From: a virus
Taxonomy: Duplodnaviria > Caudoviricetes
Strand: one strand, 5' to 3'
Virus record (IMG/VR): IMGVR_UViG_3300032260_000017
Coordinates: 1 to 29,059 of that record
DNA length: 29,059 nt
In this document: positions 16,088-24,277 of the stretch, one piece after another
How the letters are laid out: every line of letters begins with the position of its first letter
Numbering within the stretch: the first letter of the stretch is position 1
Notes under the pieces: model-generated
What the model was told of the DNA's origin: nothing
Databases searched by the model: none
The model's input: the letters and a program-made list of their open reading frames with translations, nothing else
Program-made: the position numbers and the translations under genes

Positions 16088-17698
16088 GTGACCACCTCCC
16101 CGCCCGATCCCGCCGCCCTCGCCAAGGCCCGCCGCCATGCGGAGCTCTACCTCCTCTCGGCGCTCGGCCGGTTCGATCCGTGGGAGGTGGACGGGGAGAG
16201 CCCCCAGCGCCTCCTCATCCGAGGAGCTCGAGATCACCGCGTCCGGATCTACCGGGGCGGGAACCGCACGGGGAAAACCACCGTGGGCTCCGTGGACTCC
16301 GCTCTCCGGATCTGCGATTGGCACCCGTTCGTAGAGCTCCCCCCTCGAGGCCGGAAGCGCCGCGCCTGGATCGTGGGGGTGGATTGGGAGCACGGGATCG
16401 GGGAGATCATCTGGCCCGAGCTCAAACGGTGGCTCCCCGAGGCCATCCTCCCGCGCCGAAATATCACCTGGTACAAAGCCAAGGACCCCGAGATCCCGAA
16501 GGCGGCCGTGACCACCACCGGCTGGCGGATCGACTTCAAGAGCGCCGAAGCGGGCCGCTCCAAATTCCAGGGCGCGAAGCTGGACCTGGCGTGGATCGAT
16601 GAGGAGGTTCCCGGTGACATCGCGGAGGAGATCCGCGCGCGCCTGGTGGACCGGGGCGGATCCCTCCTGGTGACCGAGACACCCCTGGCCGGTGAACAAT
16701 GGCTCCTCGAGCTCGAGGAGGAGGAGCGGACCCAGGTGGTCACGGCCTCGATGTCGATGGCGGCCCAGGCCATCGTCCAGGACGTGGAGACCGGGGAGCT
16801 CGAGCCCATGCTGGACCAGGACGCGGTGAGCGCCTTCCTGGATGAGCTCCCCGAGAACCAGCGGAAGGTGAGGGACCTGGGGGAGCCCGGAGTCCGGGAG
16901 GGCCGGGTCTACAAGGAATGGAGCCCGCGGATCCACGTCCTGGCGCCGAAGGACGGGGCGCTGGTGGATGCCACCGGCCGGAAGCTCTACCCCTGGCCGA
17001 TCCCTCGAGGGTGGCCCAGGTTCGCGGCCATCGATTTCGGCTACGCCAATCCGTGCGCGGTGGTGGTGTGCGCCGAGGACCCCGCCTCCGGGACGCTCAT
17101 CGCGGAGCGTGGGCTCTACGCCTCGAGCGTCCGCGCCTCGGCCTGGGCTCGGATCCTCAAGGGGGAGCGAGCTCGAGGGCGCCCGCGGTTCCTCCCGAAC
17201 CTGGCCACCCACCTCATCGCGGACCACCAGGCGGACGAACGCGCCGAGCTCATGGCCGCGGGGATCCCCACCCAGCCCGCGCGGAAGGACGTGGTTCCCG
17301 GCCTCGAGACCGTGGAACGCTACCTCCACGTCCGCCCGAGCACCGGCCGCCCGAAGCTCTACGTGGTGGTCTCCCCTCGAGGCTCCCCGTTCCCGAGCCA
17401 CCCGGACGTGGGCCGGATGGACCTCCAGAAACTCGCATGGGAGCTGGGCCGCTACCGCTACCCCGAGCGGGGGAAGGCGAAACAGGACGGCCGGGACCTC
17501 CCCCTCAAGCGGGACGATCACGCGGCGGACGCCCTCCGCTACCTCCTCGCCTACCACGAACGGGTCCGCGGCTCCTGGCGCCTCCCCGCCACGCGCGGCA
17601 CGAAGCGCCAGCCGAAGGTGGCCACGCCCACCCGCGGAGCGGTGTTCGGGGCCTCGAGCGCCTCCGTGGCCGGAACCAGGCGGAAGCCCCGCCGATGA
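16088..17698 (+). CDS. Terminase large subunit
   Basis: GGNRTGKT Walker A, FQGA...AWIDEE Walker B, TETP coupling motif, AIDFGYANP and DDHAADALRY nuclease motifs. Confidence 0.95.
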   Translation: MTTSPPDPAALAKARRHAELYLLSALGRFDPWEVDGESPQRLLIRGARDHRVRIYRGGNRTGKTTVGSVDSALRICDWHPFVELPPRGRKRRAWIVGVDWEHGIGEIIWPELKRWLPEAILPRRNITWYKAKDPEIPKAAVTTTGWRIDFKSAEAGRSKFQGAKLDLAWIDEEVPGDIAEEIRARLVDRGGSLLVTETPLAGEQWLLELEEEERTQVVTASMSMAAQAIVQDVETGELEPMLDQDAVSAFLDELPENQRKVRDLGEPGVREGRVYKEWSPRIHVLAPKDGALVDATGRKLYPWPIPRGWPRFAAIDFGYANPCAVVVCAEDPASGTLIAERGLYASSVRASAWARILKGERARGRPRFLPNLATHLIADHQADERAELMAAGIPTQPARKDVVPGLETVERYLHVRPSTGRPKLYVVVSPRGSPFPSHPDVGRMDLQKLAWELGRYRYPERGKAKQDGRDLPLKRDDHAADALRYLLAYHERVRGSWRLPATRGTKRQPKVATPTRGAVFGASSASVAGTRRKPRR

Positions 17699-17780
17699 AA
17701 TCCGAGCCGCGAGGGCCTGGGCTCTCGAGGTGCTCGAGCTCGAGGGCCTCTCCACCAGGTGCCGGGATCGGCCTCCCCCG

Positions 17781-17893
17781 CCCAACTAGGGAATTCCCCG
17801 AGGCTATTCCCGGCTAATTGGGTGGAAATAGAGGCCCGCAAAGCCCCAGGAATGGCCCTCTCCGGGAGGTGCCGGATTTAGGTGTGAGATAAT
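17781..17893 (+). promoter_or_regulatory. Lower-GC control region: imperfect inverted repeat plus extended -10 (TG-A-GATAAT)
   Basis: cccaactag-ggaat...attcc-cgg-ctaattggg at 17781-17822; TGAGATAAT at 17885-17893, ahead of ORF 17940. Confidence 0.4.
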
Positions 17894-17939
17894 GGGGGGG
17901 ACGCGCGGGCGATAGGCGCCCGCCTCGAGGACCCCCCAG

Positions 17940-18176
17940 ATGACGAAACAGATCAAGCGTGAACCCTGGACCCACATCGCCCGCGGCCCGTTCTGCTACG
18001 GGTGGGGCATGACCCCCGAGGAGGCGGAGGCGAACGCCCGCCGCTCCATCCCCCGCGAGCACCGGAAGGCGGAGGTGGAGGTGTTCGAGATCCCGAAGGG
18101 GACCGAGTGCTCCATCTCCCACGTGGACGGGACGATCTCCTGGAGCGGTGAGGACATCCGGAAGGTGAGGCCGTGA
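17940..18176 (+). CDS. Small hypothetical protein (moron-like, 78 aa)
   Basis: GAGGA SD; YGWGMTPEEAEANA motif; GTGA coupling to the next gene. Confidence 0.75.
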   Translation: MTKQIKREPWTHIARGPFCYGWGMTPEEAEANARRSIPREHRKAEVEVFEIPKGTECSISHVDGTISWSGEDIRKVRP

Positions 18177-18412
18177 GCGGCCCCCAGGTGGAGGAGCTCT
18201 CGGGCTCCATCTCCCGCGAGCTGGTGGAGGGGGGGGCCATCATGGCGGCCCTCCCCGCCCACACGTGCGGGCTCCGTGCCCGGATGGCGGATCCCGAGCG
18301 GCCGGGGTGGTGGACCTGTACCAGGGTCCACGGCCACGATGGGGATCACGTGGCGCACGTGTTCACCTCGGACGGCCCTCGAGCTGTTGCCCGGTGGCCG
18401 GGGCCGGAGTAG
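18173..18412 (+). CDS. Small Cys/His protein (C...CTRVHGHDGDHVAH)
   Basis: GTGA coupling. The C-x-R-x-x-GH-x-G-x-H motif is common in small phage proteins. Confidence 0.7.
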   Translation: MSGPQVEELSGSISRELVEGGAIMAALPAHTCGLRARMADPERPGWWTCTRVHGHDGDHVAHVFTSDGPRAVARWPGPE

Positions 18413-18415
18413 GCT
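18387..18415 (+). promoter_or_regulatory. Sigma70-type promoter TTGCCC-17-TAGGCT for the downstream ncRNA candidate
   Basis: -35 at 18387-18392, exact 17-nt spacer, -10 at 18410-18415. Predicted TSS near 18421 coincides with the 5' strand of the closing stem. Confidence 0.6.
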
Positions 18416-18419
18416 CGGA

Positions 18420-18635
18420 GCGCCGAGTCCTCGAGGACCGGAGGCGGGGCTCCCCTTGGTGGGGGAGCCCGGAGTCCAGAGCGAAGGCCCGCCGCGAGAT
18501 CCAAGCCACCTCCGGGATGGTACGGAAAGCGGCGGGCCGCCCTCACCCTGGAGCGGGGCCGCAAGGCGTACCCCGGTGGTGGCGGATCGAGCCGCGGACC
18601 TAACGCCCGAGGATCACCACCTCGAGGCTCGGCGC
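18420..18635 (+). ncRNA. Unrecognised multi-branched structured ncRNA candidate (~215 nt)
   Basis: 16-bp closing stem, 9-bp and 10-bp perfect internal stems, GCAA tetraloop hairpin, several pseudoknot complementarities, upstream promoter; no credible ORF. Confidence 0.7.
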
Positions 18636-18666
18636 CTTCGATTCGGGCGTTCGGGGTCCGTGGCGT

Positions 18667-18672
18667 TAGACT
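18667..18672 (+). promoter_or_regulatory. TAGACT -10 for a probably leaderless portal mRNA
   Basis: 8 nt before ATG 18681, no SD, preceded by GGCGT. Confidence 0.5.
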
Positions 18673-18680
18673 CGCCCACC

Positions 18681-20864
18681 ATGAGCCGCCGCCATCGCAA
18701 GCGTCCGAACCCCCGCCGCCGCGCGGCCGCTCGAGGCCGCACCATTCGGAACCGCATCGGGGGCCAGCTCAAGCCGGGAGCCTCGGGGGCCTCCGTGGCC
18801 CGCCTCCTCGAGGGCGCCTCCGATGACTTCCTCCGGGACGATGACGATGGGGCCGGGATCTACCAGGGCCGCCGATCCGGCCGCGGTGGTGATGATGCGG
18901 AGCTCACGCCCGAGGAGCGCCGGAAGGCCGTCCAGAACAGCCGCTCCGCGTTCAAGCGTTCCGGGGCCTACGGCGCCGTCCTGGACCGGATCACGGATTT
19001 CGTCCTGGGCGATGGCGTGGCGATAGAGGTGAAGGACGAAGCCACGAACGCATGGCTCCACGATCTCCTCGAGCGCCCGGAGATCGCCTGGGATGAGAAC
19101 CTCCGGAAGCGGGTGAGCCGCCTCCTGGTGGATGGGGAGTTTCTCCTCTCCGCCTACGTCCAGGAGCGAGACCCCGGCCAGCCCTCGGGGAACGTGGTCC
19201 TCGGCCGGATGGACCCCCTCGGGATCTCCGAGGTGACCGCTCTGGCGCTGAATGAGGACCGGCTCCTCACCGTGGAGCTCGATCACGGATCCGGGATCCC
19301 GGCCGTCTGCTACCCGATGGCCGAGGTGGATGGACCGCTCCTCCGCCTGGTGATCGATGACGAAGGGAAGCCCCACCTGGCGCCGCTCGAGGGCGCCGAG
19401 GGCGAGACCGCGCGGGAGCGTTCCCTGGTCCAGCTCGAGAGCCCCGCCGATGTCACCGATGAGGACGCCAGCCTCGAGGACGCCCCCGCGGATCCCGTGG
19501 CCGATGAGCCCGAGCACCCCACCGAGGCCGCCACCGAGGCCGTGGCCGAGGAGGCCGTCCTGGCCGCGGTGTTCCTCTGGCAGATCAATACCCTCGGGAC
19601 GCGCGGAGCTCCCCTCCTCACGCGCCTCCTGGACAAGGCCGCCGTCCTGGATGAGGCCGTGGAGGAGATGGCCCGGAAAGCGGAGTACCTGAATCGCCAT
19701 TGGCTCCACATCGAGTACGAACCGAGCGGAGACCAGGAGAAGGACGAAGCGTTCGAGAAGCGGGCGATGGATTGGGCTACGCAGATGGAACCGGGCGCGT
19801 GCCTGGTGACCGCGAAGCCGAACGGGTCCGGAGGCGTGGAGGTTCACGTCAAGGTGGCGGACCTCAAGGTGGCCGATCAACAGGCCCTTTATGAGATCCT
19901 CCTGGACTACCTCCTCGGCTCCCAAGGGATCCCGCGGATGTGGTTCTCGAGCGGCGGAGACACGAACCGCGCCACGGCCGCCGAACAGGGAACCCCGATC
20001 TTCCGCTCCATCCGCACCCTCCAGAGCTACATCCAGGGCCGCATCCGTGCGGTGGTGGATTGGCTCCTCTGGCTCGGATCGAACGCGGGCGCCCCGGTGA
20101 ACCTGGACGCGGACATCGAAATCACGATGGCCGACGTGGCCAGCCGGGACTCCCTCCGTGACGTGGAGGAGGTGGCGGGCCTCGCCATCGCCCTCCGTGA
20201 GCTGGTGACGAACGGCGCCATCCGGGCCAGCGAGTCCGAGCGCATCCTCCGGAAGGTGCTCAAGGCCAAGTGGTTCGGGGACCTCCTCGAGGAATCGGAT
20301 CCGGACGCGGCCCGCGAAGGTGGCGCCGAGATCCCCGGCCAGCTCGAGGGCGCTCCGGCCCCCGCCGCACCCGCCGCCGCTGGCGAGCTCGAGGGCGTGG
20401 CCGCTGGCCCGCCCGAGGGAACGGCCGCCGCGGAGGAGGGGACCGAACCCTCCACCACGCTCGCCCCGCTCGAGGCGCCGGACGCGGATCCCGCTCACCA
20501 GGAGATGGCCCCGCCCGCCGCGGCCCCCTCGAGCTCCGAGCCCACGCCCGCCGCTGGTGGTGCCGCGAAGCCCTCGGACGCCCTCTGGGCTCCGGGCCAG
20601 ATCACGGCCATCACGGCCCTCATCGTCCAGGTCTCGAAGGCGGAGATTCCCCTCGAGTCCGCCGTGGCGCTCCTGGTGGCGAGCTCGCCTCTCGATGAGA
20701 GCGGCGCCCGCGAGATCCTCGAGCCCGCCGAACCGGAGGAGCCCGAGGAGACCCCCGGCACCCCGCCGCCTCCTGGAGCTCCGCCGCCGCCCCCGCCGCC
20801 CGCTCCTGGTGAGGAGCCCGAGGAGCCCGCCGCCGAGCCGGAGGCCGAACCCGCGGAGGCGTAG
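18681..20864 (+). CDS. Portal protein with acidic insertion and long Pro/Glu/Ala-rich C-terminal extension (727 aa)
   Basis: Position between TerL and the gpF-like gene; ITDFVLGDG, LLVDGE, GIPRMWF..GGDTNRATAAEQGTP portal-like motifs. Confidence 0.85.
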   Translation: MSRRHRKRPNPRRRAAARGRTIRNRIGGQLKPGASGASVARLLEGASDDFLRDDDDGAGIYQGRRSGRGGDDAELTPEERRKAVQNSRSAFKRSGAYGAVLDRITDFVLGDGVAIEVKDEATNAWLHDLLERPEIAWDENLRKRVSRLLVDGEFLLSAYVQERDPGQPSGNVVLGRMDPLGISEVTALALNEDRLLTVELDHGSGIPAVCYPMAEVDGPLLRLVIDDEGKPHLAPLEGAEGETARERSLVQLESPADVTDEDASLEDAPADPVADEPEHPTEAATEAVAEEAVLAAVFLWQINTLGTRGAPLLTRLLDKAAVLDEAVEEMARKAEYLNRHWLHIEYEPSGDQEKDEAFEKRAMDWATQMEPGACLVTAKPNGSGGVEVHVKVADLKVADQQALYEILLDYLLGSQGIPRMWFSSGGDTNRATAAEQGTPIFRSIRTLQSYIQGRIRAVVDWLLWLGSNAGAPVNLDADIEITMADVASRDSLRDVEEVAGLAIALRELVTNGAIRASESERILRKVLKAKWFGDLLEESDPDAAREGGAEIPGQLEGAPAPAAPAAAGELEGVAAGPPEGTAAAEEGTEPSTTLAPLEAPDADPAHQEMAPPAAAPSSSEPTPAAGGAAKPSDALWAPGQITAITALIVQVSKAEIPLESAVALLVASSPLDESGAREILEPAEPEEPEETPGTPPPPGAPPPPPPPAPGEEPEEPAAEPEAEPAEA

Positions 20865-20866
20865 AC

Positions 20867-21805
20867 GTGGCCCGCCGCGACTTCGAGACCCTGGCGAACC
20901 GCGAGATCAAGGCCGTCCTGGCCGAGCTCAAAGCGGGCCTCCGCGAGCTGGCGCGAACCGCCGCCGCCCCCATCCCCGAGATCCCGCTGGATCCCGCGGA
21001 CCCTCGAGGCCCCTCCACGTATGACCGGATGATCGGGGTGAGGCGGAAGCAAGCCCTGGAGCGTGCCATCGGGGACCTCGAGCTCGAGATCACCAGCCGC
21101 ACCGGAGAGGCGTTCGAGCTCGCGGGCTCCTCCGCCGCCCAGGAGGCCGCCGCCGCCAGCGGTGGAGAGGGCCTCCCAGGCGTGGGGATCAATGTCCGCG
21201 CCGTGGCCACCGCCCAGGCCAGCGCCGCCGCCGAGGTGCGGGGCGTGATGGATGGAGCTCGGGAGCGCCTGAACACGGCCGTCACCCGCGCGGTGGCGGG
21301 CCGGACCACGGCCGCCCAATTCGCGGAGGAGCTCGGGGACGCCTTCGATGTCCCCCAGCCCGCCCACCGGATCGAACGGATCGTCCGGACGGAGATGGGC
21401 GGGATCTGGATGGCGAACCAGGCGGAGGTGGATGAGCTCCTGGCGGACACCGGCCCCGATCTCATCCGCCGATGGGTGACCGTGGGCGGGAAGCGGGGGG
21501 ACGGCCGGAACCGGGACTCCCACACCGCTCTCCACGGCCAGGAGCGGGAGCTGGACGAACCGTTCAATGTGGGCGGCGGCCCGAAACCCGGATGGGCCGG
21601 AGGAGCCACCGCGTCCACCGAGCCCGGATCCCCCATCGGCCAGGAGGCGAAGGCTCCTCTGGCCGCGAACCTCCTGGCCGGGGAGCGGATCAATTGCCGC
21701 TGTCGGTTCGTGCGGATCCCCCGTTCGGAGGCCGTCCAGCCCTACATCCGCAAGCGGCGGAACCCCTCGAGGGCCGGAGCTCCGGACGATCTCGCCACCG
21801 GATAG
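20867..21805 (+). CDS. Phage head morphogenesis protein (Mu gpF / SPP1 gp7 family)
   Basis: RIERIVRTE, RRWVT...DGRNRDSH..LHGQ...DEPF, ERINCRC. Confidence 0.9.
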   Translation: MARRDFETLANREIKAVLAELKAGLRELARTAAAPIPEIPLDPADPRGPSTYDRMIGVRRKQALERAIGDLELEITSRTGEAFELAGSSAAQEAAAASGGEGLPGVGINVRAVATAQASAAAEVRGVMDGARERLNTAVTRAVAGRTTAAQFAEELGDAFDVPQPAHRIERIVRTEMGGIWMANQAEVDELLADTGPDLIRRWVTVGGKRGDGRNRDSHTALHGQERELDEPFNVGGGPKPGWAGGATASTEPGSPIGQEAKAPLAANLLAGERINCRCRFVRIPRSEAVQPYIRKRRNPSRAGAPDDLATG

Positions 21806-21850
21806 CGGTCCCCGTGCGGCTCGGATGCGGCCCGTATCCGGAGGGGAAGG

Positions 21851-21879
21851 TTTGCGGAGTCCCCATCCGGGCGTAGGAT
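21851..21879 (+). promoter_or_regulatory. Promoter (TTGCGG-16-TAGGAT; GGCGTAGGAT copy 4) for a probably leaderless capsid precursor mRNA
   Basis: TAGGAT at 21874-21879, 8 nt before ATG 21888, no SD. Confidence 0.6.
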
Positions 21880-21887
21880 CGGCACCC

Positions 21888-24179
21888 ATGCGGTTCAGCG
21901 GACGATTCATCGAGTCCGCGAACGGCGGCGGACGTTGGCGGGTGCGGCTCATCGAGGAGGGGACCTCCAAGCGGGGATTCCCCGTCTATCCCGCCCACGC
22001 CCTCCGCGAGGCCGCGAATGGCGGCCTGTTCGAGCTCCGGCCCTGTCTCCTCTACCCGAAGCTCTCGAGCACCGGCCAGCCGATAGGCGAGGACCACCAG
22101 AGCCGCATGGCCGCCGTAGGCCGCGGCGCCATGAACCAGGTGGGCCATTACGAAGCCACCCGATGGGTGGAGTCCGCGAACGGCCAGCCCGGATACGTGG
22201 CCGGAACCCTGGTCCTCGCTCTCGGTGATCCCGCCGCCGATGAGCTCGAGGCCAAGCTCACCCGCCTCGCGGAGTCCGGTGGACTCTCGAGCCTCGGCCT
22301 CTCAATCGATGCGGATGGGGATCTCACGCCCTCGGGCGCGGTCTCCCGTATCTACGAAATCTCATCTGTGGACGTGGTGACGAACCCCGGCATGGGGGGC
22401 AAGTTCTCCCACCGGATCGCCGCCTCTACCTCTGGAGCTCGAACGATGGACCTACTCAAGATTCTCCGCGAACGCTACGCCCGCCTCATCGAGGGCTACA
22501 ACGGTCCCGAGCTCGAGGCGTCCGTGGTGACCCACGTGGCCCGCCGCCTCCGTGAGTCCGAGGAGGCTCGGGAGTGTGCCATCGAGCTCCACCCGTCCGA
22601 GGAGCGTGATGGCGTCCGCGCCCGCCTCACCGAGGACGTGGCCGATGTCCTCTCCCTCCTGGACGAAGCCCAGATGCTCATCAGCATCGTCCGCGAACAG
22701 ATGCAACAGGCCGCGGGCGCCGCCATCGCGGCCGCCTCCGAGGCCCCGCCGTCCGCCCCGGCCCCGGCCCCCACGCCCACGCCCTCGGCCGCCGAGGAGG
22801 ACGCGGCCGCGAACCTCACCGAGAGCGAGACCACGCGCCGCCTCCGCGTGCTCGAGAGCCGCGAGTCCATGCGCGCCTTCGAGCACCAGGCCCGCCGCGC
22901 CAACCTCCCGCGCGCCTCCATCGCCCGCATCCGTGGCGCGCATGAGGGCCAGATCCTCGAGCCCGCCCAGATCACGCGCCTGGTGGAGTCCGAGGCCGCC
23001 ACCGTGGACTCGATCCTCCGCGAACGCGGCGGCCGCGTGGCCGTGGTCCGCGAGGGCCGGAACCGTCTGGTGGAGACCCTCGCCCACCTGTTCGCGCCGA
23101 ACCGTTGCCCGCTCCCCGCGGACTCCACGTTCGAGCGTCACGGGTTCAGCCTCCACCGCTTCACGGAGAGCGCCTGGGGCGTGGACCTCCGCCGCCTCCA
23201 GGAGGGCCAGAGCACCCGCCGCCGCCTCCGGGAGTCCGTGGACCAGACGAATTTCGATCAGGTCTACGCGGACGCCCTGAACCTGGCCGTCAACGCCACG
23301 TACCAGGGGGATCCCCAGATGGGGGACCAGGCGTGGCGCCAGATCGCGGCCATCGCCCCGGCCAGCGACTTCCGCACCCACAAGGACATCACGCTCGGCA
23401 ACTACGGGACGCTCCCGAGCGTGGCCAAGCGGAGCCCCTACACCAGCCTCACCACGCCCACGGATCGGCAGGAGACCTGGGCGCTCGGCAAGTACGGCGG
23501 GACCGAGGACATCGCCTGGGAGGACATGGTGGATGACAACCTGGGGGTGTGGCAGGAGATGGTCCGCCGCCTCGGGATGGCCGCCCGCGAGACCCTCAAT
23601 GATGCGGTGTTCAGCCTCATCCGCTTCGCCACCATGCCCACGATGAGCGACACGAACGCCCTTTGCGACTCGGGCCGCTCGCCCGCGAACGCGGGAACCT
23701 CGGTCCTCTCGAACGATGCCACCGGCTGGGCGAACCTCATGGCCGCCGCCACGGCCATGATGGGCCACACGGGCGGCGGCGGGAAGCCGAAGGGGATCAA
23801 GCCCTCGACGCTGGTGATCCCGAAGGAGAAAGCCCACATCGCGGGCGGCCTCCTCTCGGACTTCGGCGCGAACGCGGGGTCCACGGACTTCCCCGGCCGC
23901 CAGGGCCTCACCATCCTCGGGGTGGTGCTCCGGAACGTGGTGATCGACCTCTACACCTCGAACGCCACGGATTGGTTCGTGATGGCGGATCCCGCCGATG
24001 CGCCGGTCCTCAAGGTGGCGTTCCTGAACGGCCGCGAGGAGCCGGAGCTGTTCTTCGATGACAACGCGAACGTGTCCACGATGTTCACCCAGGACATCAT
24101 CCGCGCGAAGATCCGGCACGTCTGGAGCGCCTGGGCGTCCGATTGGGTCGGCATCCACGGAAACGATGCGGCCAGCTAG
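21888..24179 (+). CDS. Fused prohead protease - scaffold - major capsid protein (Mu gpT-like capsid domain), 763 aa
   Basis: N-terminal protease-like domain (EDH, GLSID, SVDVVTNPGMGG), helical scaffold-like middle, C-terminal SDFR...KYG...DDNLG...LVIP...WFVMADP...AFLNGREEP...KIRH typical of gpT-like capsids. Confidence 0.85.
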   Translation: MRFSGRFIESANGGGRWRVRLIEEGTSKRGFPVYPAHALREAANGGLFELRPCLLYPKLSSTGQPIGEDHQSRMAAVGRGAMNQVGHYEATRWVESANGQPGYVAGTLVLALGDPAADELEAKLTRLAESGGLSSLGLSIDADGDLTPSGAVSRIYEISSVDVVTNPGMGGKFSHRIAASTSGARTMDLLKILRERYARLIEGYNGPELEASVVTHVARRLRESEEARECAIELHPSEERDGVRARLTEDVADVLSLLDEAQMLISIVREQMQQAAGAAIAAASEAPPSAPAPAPTPTPSAAEEDAAANLTESETTRRLRVLESRESMRAFEHQARRANLPRASIARIRGAHEGQILEPAQITRLVESEAATVDSILRERGGRVAVVREGRNRLVETLAHLFAPNRCPLPADSTFERHGFSLHRFTESAWGVDLRRLQEGQSTRRRLRESVDQTNFDQVYADALNLAVNATYQGDPQMGDQAWRQIAAIAPASDFRTHKDITLGNYGTLPSVAKRSPYTSLTTPTDRQETWALGKYGGTEDIAWEDMVDDNLGVWQEMVRRLGMAARETLNDAVFSLIRFATMPTMSDTNALCDSGRSPANAGTSVLSNDATGWANLMAAATAMMGHTGGGGKPKGIKPSTLVIPKEKAHIAGGLLSDFGANAGSTDFPGRQGLTILGVVLRNVVIDLYTSNATDWFVMADPADAPVLKVAFLNGREEPELFFDDNANVSTMFTQDIIRAKIRHVWSAWASDWVGIHGNDAAS

Positions 24180-24277
24180 ACCACCACCAGGGTCCGGGCG
24201 GGGCTCCTCGAGCTCCGCCTGGTCCTCACCATTCCCCCGGAACCCGTAGAGGCCACGGCCTCGAGGAGCTCGCCCTC

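Noticed and set aside
17695-17817. Short ORF MKSEPRGPG... coupled to the TerL stop
   Set aside because: Only about 40 codons with atypical codon usage, running into the inverted-repeat control region; cannot be supported.
18496-18528. Resemblance of CCAAGCC to the twister ribozyme loop and of GCCAC..GGGATGG to a cobalamin riboswitch segment
   Set aside because: The other conserved elements of those families were not found; the short matches are expected by chance.
18631-18651. TTCGATTC resembling a tRNA T-loop
   Set aside because: There is no G-C closing pair and no cloverleaf, D-arm or anticodon arm around it.
18276-18680. 135-aa N-terminal extension of the portal shown in the ORF track
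   Set aside because: It overlaps the 18173-18412 gene and has low-complexity R/G/P composition. The region is better explained by RNA structure and a leaderless start at 18681.
21567-21887. Upstream extension of the capsid polyprotein ORF
   Set aside because: It overlaps the gpF-like gene, and promoter geometry supports ATG 21888.
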